Below are positions 38,691 to 51,430 of a DNA stretch of 64,000 nt, one piece after another. The stretch comes from Octopus bimaculoides. Taxonomy: Eukaryota. Where the stretch lies: contig NC_068989.1 in NCBI RefSeq assembly GCF_001194135.2, forward strand, positions 14,973,788-15,037,787, in the 5' to 3' direction. The first letter of the stretch is position 1. Each line of letters opens with the position of its first letter. The translations under genes and the position numbers were made by a program. The notes beneath the pieces were generated by a model. It saw nothing but the letters and a program-made list of their open reading frames with translations, had not been told where the DNA came from and did not search any database.

Positions 38691-39014
38691 AAGAATGCAT
38701 GCAAATAAGCAGGCTAGTTAAATGGACAATTTTTCAGTATTGTTCGGTTACAAGAAGCATACTGGAAATGCTGGTTAAAAACTAAACTATGTACAGCATA
38801 ATGAGCTCTGGATTGCTCACAGCTATTCGCTAACTAATGCTAACTCATTCAGAATTATGTGCTAATGTTTGATGGTCATATTTGAAGTTGTCTCCCTCTC
38901 TAACTGATCAGATGCAATTCAAGAAAAATTATCCATAAAAATATTTCGTTTTAGTATTTGGTTGACAAGATTCTTGGTGTGAATTCATGTGTTGAAAAAT
39001 TGTATCTCTGGAGG

Positions 39015-39603
39015 GTCATTATGCCAATATAATAAACACATGCACTGGTTCTATTTCACTTCTTTGTTTGTCAGTTGGTTAACCAATTAACTAGTCCATA
39101 GTCTGATTAATCATTCAGTTGATTAATCAATCAGGCTTGTCAAAGTCCTTTTATCACCATTTGTGACCTCGTCAATGACAAAAACCCTCTCTACTCCAAG
39201 TCTGCTTCAGAGGGCACATCACTGATTAATCATCATCATCATTGTTTAATGTCCGCTTTCCATGCTAGCATGGGTTGGACAATTTGACTGAGGACTGGCA
39301 AGCCAGAAGGCTGCACCAGGCTCCAATCTGATTTGGCAGAGTTTCTACAGCTGGATGCCCTTCCTAACGCCAACCACTCTAAGAGTGTAGTGGGTGCTTT
39401 TACGTGCCACCGGCACGAGGGCCAGTCACATGGTACTGGCAATGGCCACGCTCAAAAAGGTGTTTTTTTACATGCCACCTGCATGGGAGCCAGTCCAGCG
39501 GCACTGGCAACGACCTCGCTTGCAAATAATCAATCAGTTAATTGGTTGACCAATAAAGAAATGAAATGGAACCAGTGCATGTGTTTATCATTGGCATAAT
39601 GAC
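39015..39603. mobile_element. MITE with about 70-bp imperfect TIRs, carrying a family E insertion
   Basis: gtcattatgccaat...aaacacatgcactggttc...accaattaact mirrored at 39535-39603. Confidence 0.7.
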
Positions 39604-39713
39604 TGTCTCAAGACAACAGAATTAGACATAAAAATAAGAATGCAAAATGTAAAACAACCTGGAGTAATGGTTGATGAGACAAGGAAGATAAGACAAGTGA
39701 AGTCACAACTCAC

Positions 39714-39834
39714 CTAATCGGGACTGAAATTTTTCTGAGTCATTTCCCACTAAATCATTCAACCGTAAAACTCCCTGGCCTCGCTCTATCCACACCAAGG
39801 TAGGTTTGTCAAATACAAATAATTTGCAGTTTGA
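39714..39834 (-). CDS. RANBP3: RanBP3 RanBD exon: SNCKLFVFDKPTLVWIERGQGVLRLNDLVGNDSEKFQSRL
   Basis: ttttctttttctag acceptor, TAG|gtgagt donor; 121 nt, phase 0-1; CKLFVFD...WxERGxGxLRLND...FQSRL RanBD motif. Confidence 0.96.
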
Positions 39835-40064
39835 CTAGAAAAAGAAAATATAAATGAAGTCTTTAAATATCTCTTCATCACGCATACAAAATATAAATGA
39901 CATAATCTATGTTACATACTCCTTAAATACATCTTATAAATATACTGTAAGCATTTCCAGAACAATCTGAACATATACAATAATTTACATTATTATCGTC
40001 AACCCTTTAGCGTTTGGATTACTGTCAAATGTAAAGCTTATTTATTTACATTGTTTTGAATTAA

Positions 40065-40569
40065 CTCTTTTAACAGCAGGAAAGGGTTGCAAGAATGTGT
40101 GCACAAAACAGGCAAAATACACAAAAGATATCTCTTTCTTAAGGCTAATTTTAAAAGACTAATTTTCATTTTGAATAAATACAAAAGCTATAATAATTTT
40201 TAATCTCTCACGCAATAACATTTACAATCTCATCATTGAAAAGTGCTGTAAAATACCCACGATCCTCTACATCTGGTGTGAGCATAAATTCATTTGAGAT
40301 CCCTTCATGGTTGTTGTCAAACAATGTACATTGTTCGTCATTGTCATCATCATCATCTACCTCATCTGATGATGAGAGAAAGTCAGAAAAAAAAACCCCA
40401 CTTCATTGCTGTATAAATTTTCCATTTGTAACTCGATTTCCGTCATCAGTAAGGGCCACTTAGGCTTATGCGCATTTGACAAAGTAGACACTTGGGCATC
40501 AATTGGTGACGACCATATCCATGTAAAATTTTTTTAAAACATCAGCTACTGATGCTCACCATATAAGGG
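40065..40569 (-). mobile_element. piggyBac-derived fragment with degenerate transposase N-terminus, nested in the internal TTAA of a family F MITE
   Basis: SSSDEVDDDDDND...YFTALFNDEIVNVIA* resembles the acidic leader plus F.LFF.DEI..I motif; ttaa/ttca flanks; F sequence resumes on both sides. Confidence 0.6.
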
Positions 40570-40687
40570 TTCATCAGGCATATTCTCATAGCTTCAAGAT
40601 TTCAATGATGTAATTTTATGTTCAGAATGACACTGCAGTATACATGTGAGAGGCCAGATATGGCGCATTTAAATACTTAGGGGTTAA

Positions 40688-41329
40688 CATGTTGCCTATC
40701 AAGTTCATTTGGCACCATATTTCCTTTTGTACTAGTGGTCTAATTTTGTCATAAATTGTGTGTTTAAAAATTTTTTTTTAACCATATGTACATTCTAGTT
40801 CACTATATACACTACCAGGTTGATTTACAGTAAGGGTGTCACTGGTGACACCCATGGCATAGAACATATGTTCATACTGTATTGTGGAAATTACAATAAA
40901 ATGGGTCTAAATGTCAATTATACCTCCATTTATGGTTTTACAATTCTTCTTAGAAAAACTTCTTTAGTTTATAATTTGAGCTTTACAATTGCAAATGGAT
41001 AGTTCTTTTTCTTAATTTAATTTGAAATTATTCCAGTAAAACATTACAACTGTATCATAACAAAACATACATAGCAGCACTATGTTACTTATGAAAGGTA
41101 TTTTTTTTTACTAGGCCCTACTTCAGTTTCTATTAATTCAAACTGAGAACCATCCAAAAAATACAGAGATGTGTTCTGTATATTTCCTAAAATTTGAATG
41201 GTGTAGTCTGAACAACAGTAATATGAGGCTCTGTAAAAAACATTCCCATTCGGAGTCACTGATGACTCCCATGGTATATTAAGAATATAAAGCATGGGGT
41301 GTCACTGGCGACTCCCATAGTAGGCAGTG
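40688..41329. mobile_element. TTAA-flanked non-autonomous element with three GTCACTGGTGAC-like subterminal palindromes
   Basis: ttaaca(tgt)tgccta versus taggcagtgttaa ends. Confidence 0.5.
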
Positions 41330-41780
41330 TTAAGGAAAATGCTACAATTGACCTATCTTTCGGTTACTCTTCCATCAGTCAATAGTAGGTGGTTGACAGT
41401 TTGGTGACAGCCAGTCACTATTGCATTATCATCAAATGTAAATTTTGTTGCCAATGAGGGAAGAAAGCATAAAAAGTAGAGCTTCCAAGAAGGACCCTAC
41501 TTAGAACTCTCTTGAAAAGGATAAAAACCTACAAAAGCAAGAATTGTGAGGAGCAAAAAGTATGGGAAATTATAATAAAATTGCATGGTCAATCTACACC
41601 ATGTGGCACACTGTAATTTTACTAACTATTTGCTAAAGAAACAATACTGACCAGTATTGGTTTGGTTGTTTGGAGGCTGACAATTTGGCATGGCTGACTG
41701 GATACAGAACCTGTTTTGGTAACCATGTTCTGGTACTGAGGTAAACACAAACATGCATGCTCACACAGAAATACACACAT

Positions 41781-42005
41781 AAGGCGGCGAGCTGGCAGAA
41801 ACGTTAGCACGCCGGACGAAATGCGTAGCAGTATTTCGTCTGCCGTTACGTTCTGAGTTCAAATTCCGCCGAGGTCGACTTTGCCTTTTATCCTTTCGGG
41901 GTCGATAAATTAAGTACCAGTTATGCATGGGGTCGATGTAATCGACTTAATCCCTTTGTCTGTCCCCTCTATGTTTAGCCCCTTGTGGGCAATAAAGAAA
42001 TAAGA
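41781..42005 (+). mobile_element. SINE family D (related copies at 45128-45335 plus, 20645-21100 minus x2, 18855-19110, 25020-25200, 58430-58590)
   Basis: gagctggcagaaacgttagc...gagttcaaattcc...ggggtcgataaattaagtaccag shared across copies. Confidence 0.8.
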
Positions 42006-42494
42006 AATACACACATAAGTAAATTGATAGAGAGAGAGAGAGAGAGAGAGATATTGCACATGCCTACAAATGTGACTAGATGTTCGCACGCACAAACAGA
42101 AAGAGAGGGAAGACAAGAGAAACACTAAAATATCAGATGCCAACAAAAAAGTCGACATTGAATCATTGACGCCAAACAGGCAGCGCCAAAACGTCTCATA
42201 TCCACAGATCAGCTAGTATCAATAACTAAGAACGAAGGCGGCTGGCAAAAGAGCTTTAGTGGTTTTTAAATGGAGCCCACGCTGTTGCAAACCTTCAGTT
42301 CAGGTTTTGATAACTTGATACCTTGACATAATATCCCCTATATTGATGTCAAATAAGCCAGTATTGAATCAGCGATATTAAAATGACTGTGCCAAAAAGT
42401 TTCATAGTCATAAAGGAATCATAATTTCCATTTTTTTTTTCAGACAGCCCACCTGAATATTGAAAATCTAATCAGCATTAACAAGGAATATTAC

Positions 42495-42616
42495 CTGTAA
42501 AACATTGGACTCATCTTCTTCACCAGTTTTCACTTCAATCTCTTTGTATTCTGTTCTGACATCATGTTTCATTTGATATTCTCGAGCTGATTCTTCAAGA
42601 GATTGGCAGGGTTTCT
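42495..42616 (-). CDS. RANBP3: RanBP3 exon, start of Ran-binding domain: (E)KPCQSLEESAREYQMKHDVRTEYKEIEVKTGEEDESNVLQ
   Basis: ttaattccag acceptor, CAG|gtaata donor; 122 nt, phase 1-0; EVxTGEExESNVLQ hallmark. Confidence 0.95.
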
Positions 42617-42730
42617 CTGGAATTAATCAACAGAAACAATGACAGAATTTTAACTTCAGTGATTACTAAATTTTTTTGAGTCAGTGGAAAAAAAAAAAAG
42701 AAAAAAAAGAAAGAGAAATAATACAGAGAC

Positions 42731-42890
42731 AGGCATGGCAGTGTGGTTAAGAAACTTGCATAGCAACCACGTAGTCTCAGGTTCAGTTCTACTGGAAGGC
42801 ATCTTGGGCAAGTGCCTACTACTATATAGCTCTGGGCCAACCAATGTTTTGTGAGTGAATTTAGTTGACAGAAACTGTGTGCAAACCCAT

Positions 42891-42925
<35 letters not shown>

Positions 42926-43235
42926 AGGGAGGGCGTCTTTGTCTCACCATCATTTGATAACTAATGGTGAATTATGTCCCTGTAACCAAGCAGCTTGGCA
43001 AAAGGAACAGACAGAATAAGTTTCAGGCTTAAAAAAGAATTTAAAAAATACTGGGGTTGATTTGTTCGACTAAACCCATCAAGGTATAACACAAAGAAAG
43101 ATACAGTGAATTCTTCCCAACCACATGTTTACAGGTTCATCCCACTGTGTGGCACCTTAAACAAGTGTCTTGCACTCTAACCATGGGCCGAAGCCATGTG
43201 GGTGGATTTAGAAGATAGAAACAGACAGAAGCTCA
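42731..43235 (+). mobile_element. diverged SINE family A copy followed by a second 5' fragment
   Basis: similarity to family A head and tail. Confidence 0.7.
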
Positions 43236-43252
43236 TTGTATATGCATATATA

Positions 43253-43378
<126 letters not shown>

Positions 43379-44489
43379 ATCATTGCCCAATGAATAAACA
43401 TCTCAAATAACAAATTTTCCCCTTATATCAATGTATCAGAAACACTTCAGCCCAATTTCAATTATACAAAGAAAATAAGTTTATTCAGAATTATACTAAA
43501 TACTCTACATGACAACAGAATCAAGAAACAGTTAATTCAATCCAACTAAACAACTTGAAATAATAAAAATAACAATGATACATCAAAAGTTGAGGCAACA
43601 GGCTTCCTGTGGGATTTGAAAATTAACTTCAAACCACTGTATAATTACACAAAGTATTTTTTTTTTAACATTTTCTGACGTCACCTCAAGAATGACAAAT
43701 TGGATCTTAATTTTAGTCAAAAGCAGACCCTCAAGAAAAAAAAACATAAACAAATGTTTTTAAACATTCAGCTGTCAGATGACAGAGAAACAAGAGATGC
43801 CTTAAAGGAAGCAGCCAACTGGAACAATGAACATCATTTGATAAGCAAATGACGTAAATCATAGAAAATCAACCAACCAGAGAGTTGGACTACTACAGAA
43901 CAAAAAACTAGTGACCAAAACAATTGATGGAAAAAGGACATCCCCAGGTTGTCAACCAATCAGAATGCTGGACTACCATTATGGGACCAGAACATTTCAA
44001 ATGAATGATATGCTCAGGTAGTCATCCAACAAGAATGCGAGGCCACAGGTGGGTAAAACCAACTCATGTCATTGAGTTTAGTAACTAATCAGGACTATTT
44101 TAAGATCTAGGACTTGGGAACCTATATCTTAAAACCTATAGGCAGACAAGCAAAACAAACAAAGAACAATACACCACAGCAGAACTGATAAAAAGATTAT
44201 TTTCTTATTTTTTAAAATCTTATTTATATCTAGTTGCTAATATAACATTACTTTGAATCCTATTGAACTGTCAACTATGTATTATTACGAAATTTATAGA
44301 GCAATTGAACTTTTATCATTTCCATAGTTTACTGAATATTGGAATTTGCATGGACATTTGACTTTTTCAGCACGTTTTAACTGCTATGGAATTTTCTCCT
44401 GTTCATTGATTTTCTTTTTAATTTGTATCTTATTATTTATTTATTTATTTATTTACACTTGAAAAACAAATAAATTATTGAAACCAATT

Positions 44490-44620
44490 TTTTTTTCTTG
44501 CCTTTAATCCTCCAACGCGGAGTATAGGCCACTTATAATTGAATTCCATGTCGCATAATTTTTCGCTTCTGTACTTATACTCTGCCATGAATGTCCCCCT
44601 TTCTCTAGTTCCTTTTGTGT
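44490..44620 (-). mobile_element. short 5'-truncated copy of the same RTE 3' end as 55478-55608
   Basis: about 128 bp with 3 differences by eye. Confidence 0.8.
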
Positions 44621-45794
44621 TAATTAGTTTGACTAAACCTTTGAAAACGGTACCCCAGCATGGCCACAGTCCAATGACCGAAACAAGTAAAAAACGAAAG
44701 AAAGACACAAGAATTTTCAGAATTATTCAACCCAAGTCAAGATAGAAAATATATTTTAAACATGGGGTAATGATATGTTGGGCAATATGCTAAGTTTGAG
44801 AAGACCCATCAAGCCAAGTGACATCGTAGTTGTAAGCAACGTGGTTGGTGCCAGTATTGCATACCTGGCACTTGTGCTGGGCATCATCATCATCATAGTT
44901 GTTTAACGGCCGCTTTCCATGCTAGCATGGGTTGGACGATTTGACTGAGGACTGGTGGACCAGGAGGCGACACCAGGTTCCAATCTGATTTGGCAGAGTT
45001 TCTACAGCTGGATGCCCTTCCTAACGCCAACCACTCCGACATGTAAAAAGTACCCTTCGAACTTTGGGCCTCGTGAAGTCAACGACAAGTAACCGAGACC
45101 TTTGGAAATATACCATGCTTAAGACGACAGCGAGCTGGCAGAAACATTAGCAAGCTGGGTGAAATGCTTAGCGGTATTTTGTCTGTCTTTATGCTCTGAG
45201 TTCAAATTCCACCGAGGTCAACTTTGCCTTTCATCCTTTCAGGGTCGATAAATTAACTACCAGTTGCATACTGAGGTTGATCTAATTGATTGGCCCCCTC
45301 CACAAAATTTCGGGCCTTGTGCCTAGAGCAGCAAAGAATATACCAAACTTAAGAAAACCTGTCAAGCCAAGTGTTATGTCTCAACGCTACTGCTATCTAG
45401 CACCTTCGGACGATCTTTACTCAACTGCTACTCAACACCCCTACCACGGCCAGACTACCTCTATTTATATGTCTTGGGAGATCCTACTTCTTCGCCTGGG
45501 GGCGTCGACACAATACCAAGTGAGATTGTAGTCGTGGCCGATGCTGGTGTTTAGTAACTGACACCTGTCACCACACTTGGAGTGGTTGGCGCTAGGAAGG
45601 GCATCTGTCTGGAGAAAGCATGCCAAATCAGATTGAAACCTGGTGCAGCTCCCCGGTTTACTAGTTTTCAATCAAACCGTCCAACCCATGCCAGCATGGA
45701 AAATGGACATCAACTGACACCTTTACCCGCACACCCATCATGCAACGACAACCAATGCTTCCATTAAATGTCCAAATATCAAAAGAACACTTAC

Positions 45795-45939
45795 CGGTAT
45801 TTGTGAGTTCTTCAGATGAGTCATTGTGATCTGGAAGGGGAGAGGATGGTTTGTCGGCAGCCACAACTCTATCAGCAAGATTTTCCCCAAACACAAATCC
45901 AGAACAATTATTACTCTTTTCTGAATTTTGATTAAGACC
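45795..45939 (-). CDS. RANBP3: RanBP3 exon with second FG motif: GLNQNSEKSNNCSGFVFGENLADRVVAADKPSSPLPDHNDSSEELTNT
   Basis: ttttttatag acceptor, CCG|gtaagt donor; 145 nt, phase 0-1. Confidence 0.9.
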
Positions 45940-47535
45940 CTATAAAAAATTGCAGACAACACAATATTAAAACAAAGTGGATACAAACTATGATTTTAAT
46001 TTCTGCGGGAAGGTGGGGGGAAGAGCTTTTCTTTAATCCTTTAAGCTCTCAGATTACTCTGTCAAATGTAATGCTTATTTATTCGCTTCGTTTTGAATTA
46101 ATCATGCATTATCTTGTAGCTTTGAGATTTCGATGAAATGATTGCTTATTTTTACAATGACATTATAGGGTAGGTGTGAGAGGCTAGATCTGGCTAGTTT
46201 GAACATCAAACAAGTAGAAAATTTTTGGCTGGGTATGGCTGGTTTAAATGCTAAAGAGATGAAGTGCAATGGTAAATTAAACAGAAACTTCTGTCAAAAG
46301 AATGATAATTGCAAATAAGAGTTGTCACTTACAAGATGTGGCACATAATTTGGATGTGATTATTTTAAGGACCTGTCCTTATCCCATGAAATTAAGCCCC
46401 CAAAATACAGTAATATTATTTAGTTCAAGTTAGCAACAACATTTTGATGTTACATAATAGGAAAGTTCAGTTTTTACCATATATGACTATTTAATATAAA
46501 ATTGAATACTTTTGAACCAAGATCTTTCACAAGGGACAAAAGTTACCATATTTTAACATGTATAAGGAACCCCCTAATTTCTGGGGCTTAAAATTTGGAA
46601 AAAAGGTTTTGTAAAGGATTATAATACTATCCATGTAGAAGAAACTCCCATATTTTTAAAGCCAATTTTTGACAAAAAGGGGTTCCTTATAAATGTTAAA
46701 ATACAGTAAATAGCTTTCCATTTCAGACATAACCACAACTAAAAGTTATTTTGATTTTTGAGAGAAATAGCATCATTTAACCTTTTTGTTACAGCATTTT
46801 CAATGAAATGTAGTACTTTGGTTTCAATTAATTTTGAAAATAATGAAGAATTGAGTANNNNNNNNNNNNNNNNNNNNNNNNNNNNNNNNNNNNNNNNNNN
46901 NNNNNNNNNNNNNNNNNNNNNNNNNNNNNNNNNNNNNNNNNNNNNNNNNNNNNNNNNNNNNNNNNNNNNNNNNNNNNNNNNNNNNNNNNNNNNNNNNNNN
47001 NNNNNNNNNNNNNNNNNNNNNNNNNNNNNNNNNNNNNNNNNNNNNNNNNNNNNNNNNNNNNNNNNNNNNNNNNNNNNNNNNNNNNNNNNNNNNNNNNNNN
47101 NNNNNNNNNNNNNNNNNNNNNNNNNNNNNNNNNNNNNNNNNNNNNNNNNNNNNNNNNNNNNNNNNNNNNNNNNNNNNNNNNNNNNNNNNNNNNNNNNNNN
47201 NNNNNNNNNNNNNNNNNNNNNNNNNNNNNNNNNNNNNNNNNNNNNNNNNNNNNNNNNNNNNNNNNNNNNNNNNNNNNNNNNNNNNNNNNNNNNNNNNNNN
47301 NNNNNNNNNNNNNNNNNNNNNNNNNNNNNNNNNNNNNNNNNNNNNNNNNNNNNNNNNNNNNNNNNNNNNNNNNNNNNNNNNNNNNNNNNNNNNNNNNNNN
47401 NNNNNNNNNNNNNNNNNNNNNNNNNNNNNNNNNNNNNNNNNNNNNNNNNNNNNNNNNNNNNNNNNNNNNNNNNNNNNNNNNNNNNNNNNNNNNNNNNNNN
47501 NNNNNNNNNNNNNNNNNNNNNNNNNNNNNNNNNNN

Positions 47536-47559
<24 letters not shown>

Positions 47560-47584
<25 letters not shown>

Positions 47585-47792
47585 ATATGCTTGTGTCTGT
47601 ATTTGTCCTCCCAACTTCGCTTGACAACCGATGCTGGTGTGTTTATGTCCCCGTAACTTAGCGGTTCGGCAAAAAGAGACTGATAGAATAAGTACTAGGC
47701 TTACAAAGAATAAGTCCTGGGGTCGATTTGTTTGACTAAAGGTGGTGCCCCAGCATGGCCGCAGTCAAATGACTGAAACAAGTAAAAGAGTA
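47560..47792 (+). mobile_element. SINE family A 3' half, ending about 19 nt from a RanBP3 donor
   Basis: tail gactgaaacaagtaaaagagta. Confidence 0.85.
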
Positions 47793-47810
47793 AGAAAGCA
47801 TGAAACTCAC

Positions 47811-47952
47811 AACCACACGTTCATGAAGGTTGGTACCAAAGAGAAATTCTCCTCCAGTAGAAGTAGTAGTAGTGGCAGCAGCAGCTTCGGTATTATTATT
47901 TACACTAGTCTGGCCAGTGTGGAGGTTCACGGGACTGTTGTTATTGCCAACT
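47811..47952 (-). CDS. RANBP3: RanBP3 exon with first FG motif: (R)VGNNNSPVNL...STGGEFLFGTNLHERVV
   Basis: tgtctgtttgcag acceptor, GTT|gtgagt donor; 142 nt, phase 2-0; motif resembles FVFGQNL/MxxRV of vertebrate RanBP3. Confidence 0.9.
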
Positions 47953-48710
47953 CTGCAAACAGACAGTTTCATTTTCCAATAAACATTTTACAAGAAACAT
48001 TATTTTGATGAAGTCAACAATTTACAAACCAGATCACGAGACACCAGCATGTCCTCACACACACACACACGCACACACATAAATTAGCATATTTGAAGGC
48101 ATGGAAGATGCCCTTTTTTCCTCTCAAAGAAGAAAAAAAGTCTCAAAACCACACCCTAGGTCCTATGTAAAAAGTTGGACCTCTCATAAACTTTACTGCA
48201 TTAAAAACACTTTTCTCCTGAATATGCACTACAGAGGTTGTGGTGGTGCACCTAATATGCTCGTGTGGCTTTTATGCCATCAAATATAGTAGATCTCAGT
48301 ACAGAAATAGTCTTGTGAATCTACTACATACTCATGCATCATTACAAACTTATATCTATAATGTAACATAAATTTTAGAGAATAATTAATAAGAGAAACT
48401 AGAACAAAACAGAAATGAAGGTTTCCTATTTGTATAGGTGCAAGCTAGGATTGAACCTCGGACCATGAATCGACTAATGTTTTGAGTGGAATTTGGTAGA
48501 TGAAAACTGTGCAAAACCCCATTATGATAATATTCTTTCTAATGCCGTTGCCTCAATAAAATGCACTCAGTAGAGCCTGTAAAGTGGTGGGGTCATCAGA
48601 TAGGTACATAGCAGTAGATTGTTTAACCAGCACATTAAACAAATGGTCAATCAGTTAGTTGGTTCAGTATTTAACCAACTGATTAATAAAAAAAACTGAT
48701 ACTGAAGAAG

Positions 48711-48955
48711 GCGCAGGAGTGGCTGTGTGGTAAGTAGCTTGATTATATATATGTGTGTCTGTGTTTGTTCCCTCATCATCGCTCGACAACCGATGCTGGT
48801 GTGTTTATGTCCCCGTAATTTAGCGGTTCGGCAAAAGAGACCAATAGAATAAATACTAGGGTTACAAAGAATAAGACCTGGGGTCGATTTTGCTCGACTA
48901 ACGGCGGTGCTCCAGCATGGCCGCAGTCAAATGACTGAAACAAGTAAAAGAGTAA
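48711..48955 (+). mobile_element. SINE family A with internal deletion
   Basis: head joined directly to the central microsatellite. Confidence 0.8.
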
Positions 48956-49307
48956 GTGTATTTGCTATTATTACTATTAGCATAATAATCATCCCAAGAC
49001 CAAAAAAAAAAAAAAAAAAAAAGATGCCTATTTTGCTAATGCAATTATTTTTACACCTGGATGTGCTTCCTATTACAAATAACTCAACCATGGAAATAAG
49101 AGTGATACCATTGTGAGACAAATTCGAGGGGGCAACTAGGGATTGAACTCATGGCCATGTAGTCAGTAGTACAAAATCTTTAACTAACTCGAAGCTATAA
49201 TTTTGGATCAATATTAACACAGAATTAATGGAACCAACCATTAATCTTAACAACATATTATGAAAAAGCAAAATGGGGAAATGTCAGTTAACACTGTGTT
49301 GTATTAC

Positions 49308-49512
49308 CTACTAAAAATTGGTGTGGAGAACTTAGATGATGATGATGATGATGAAGATGATGATGATGTAGTGTCATTATCACCAGTTGTGGTTGTAATT
49401 CCACCATCAGCAGTTTTCTGCTGGTTTAAATCGCTGTTGGAAGAGACATTTTCTTTTGGAGCTGCAGCGTCACCAACTCGTTTCGATGATGACGAGTCAG
49501 CATCTTGTTGAC
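49308..49512 (-). CDS. RANBP3: RanBP3 exon: (G)QQDADSSSSKRVGDAAAPKEN...DNDTTSSSSSSSSSSKFSTPIFS
   Basis: ttttctgtcttcag acceptor, TAG|gtaata donor; 205 nt, phase 1-2, open. Confidence 0.85.
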
Positions 49513-50172
49513 CTGAAGACAGAAAACAATGGAAACTTGTTCATTTTTAAAAGAAAATTAAAATTGATGCTTTTCTAACCATATTTAGAAAAAAAAAAAA
49601 AAAAAAAAAAAAAANNNNNNNNNNNNNNNNNNNNNNNNNNNNNNNNNNNNNNNNNNNNNNNNNNNNNNNNNNNNNNNNNNNNNNNNNNNNNNNNNNNNNN
49701 NNNNNNNNNNNNNNNNNNNNNNNNNNNNNNNNNNNNNNNNNNNNNNNNNNNNNNNNNNNNNNNNNNNNNNNNNNNNNNNNNNNNNNNNNNNNNNNNNNNN
49801 NNNNNNNNNNNNNNNNNNNNNNNNNNNNNNNNNNNNNNNNNNNNNNNNNNNNNNNNNNNNNNNNNNNNNNNNNNNNNNNNNNNNNNNNNNNNNNNNNNNN
49901 NNNNNNNNNNNNNNNNNNNNNNNNNNNNNNNNNNNNNNNNNNNNNNNNNNNNNNNNNNNNNNNNNNNNNNNNNNNNNNNNNNNNNNNNNNNNNNNNNNNN
50001 NNNNNNNNNNNNNNNNNNNNNNNNNNNNNNNNNNNNNNNNNNNNNNNNNNNNNNNNNNNNNNNNNNNNNNNNNNNNNNNNNNNNNNNNNNNNNNNNNNNN
50101 NNNNNNNNNNNNNNNNNNNNNNNNNNNNNNNNNNNNNNNNNNNNNNNNNNNNNNNNNNNNNNNNNNNNNNNN

Positions 50173-50365
50173 GAAAAGCAACAAAAATTCAATAGGTTAT
50201 AGCGGTACGTACATTTCGTACAAGCTCCATTTATTCATGTAGTGAGAACACTACATAGAATACATTTTCATTGTACATTCTATGTAGTGTTCTCACTACA
50301 TGAATAAATGGAGCTTGTACGAAACGTACATACTGTTATAACCTATTGAATTTTTGTTGCTTTTC
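50173..50365. repeat. near-perfect long inverted repeat (foldback/MITE)
   Basis: arms of about 90 bp with 4 mismatches by eye; left end abuts a gap. Confidence 0.9.
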
Positions 50366-50469
50366 TTCAAATTTTATCCACCAAATCTCTTGATTTTGTT
50401 TTTGGTTTTTACCCTACCAAATTCTGGTGCCTCAAACATTTTAAGTACCACATTTAATCTTTTGATTAA

Positions 50470-50500
<31 letters not shown>

Positions 50501-50701
50501 CACACACACATACATAAAGAACACATTTGATGGCAAAGCTCCAGTACGGTCATAGTCCAATGACAAAAACCAGTAAAAGATTACAAAGCGATAATCCAAA
50601 CTTACTTTTATCAACAGAATTTTTATTTGTAGGGTCTGGTAAAGTGGCAGGTTTGATCAAAGAGTGAACATTCTGAGAAGACTGAACATCTAGAATGGGG
50701 G

Positions 50702-50737
<36 letters not shown>

Positions 50738-51154
50738 TAATTCAAATAAAGATGATCTCCTTTTGGCATATATTTAAGCTATGTGTGTGTATGTGATCAT
50801 CGTTTGACATGAGCTGATGATCCAGAGGATATGCCAAGCTCAAATGTCTGTTTTGGTATGGTTTCTACAGCTGGATGCCCTTTTAATGACAACCTTTACC
50901 CATGGTGTACCAGTTACATTCTATATGGCAACAGTACTAGTGGAGTCACCAAGAAAACCTCTCAACCGAGAGAGGTGGCTTTATATCAGGTGATGAAAGG
51001 CTGAAGCATGAAAAAAGGGTAAACACAGGTGTCTTAGAACAGGGGAGACACATGGCTACTCCAGGATAAAGAAAGAAAATGGTGAAGAGGAATCAAGGCA
51101 TACCCACAAGTTACAGGAAAGTGAATATATTAAAACACAACAGACACCCTAGAA

Positions 51155-51430
51155 CAGGGGTTTTTAAACTTTTTGACTTGTGGACCCCTTTATATTTCAG
51201 GCTTTACCTTAGGGACCCCCTTATAAACGCTTATGAAATTTACACATAAATATTTGCTGAAAATAACATATATTTTTACATTTATTTATTTAACAGTATT
51301 TAACAAATAGGTTTATTGTCAATTAAAAGATTTCGATTAAAAAAACATATATAAAATCAAATTACCCATAAAAAGTATTTGCTGTCTACAGACCCCCTGT
51401 GGTCCGCGGACCACAGTTTGAAAACCCCTG
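51155..51430 (-). mobile_element. hAT-type MITE
   Basis: CAGGGGTTTT...AAAACCCCTG TIRs; perfect 8-bp TSD CCCTAGAA. Confidence 0.9.
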
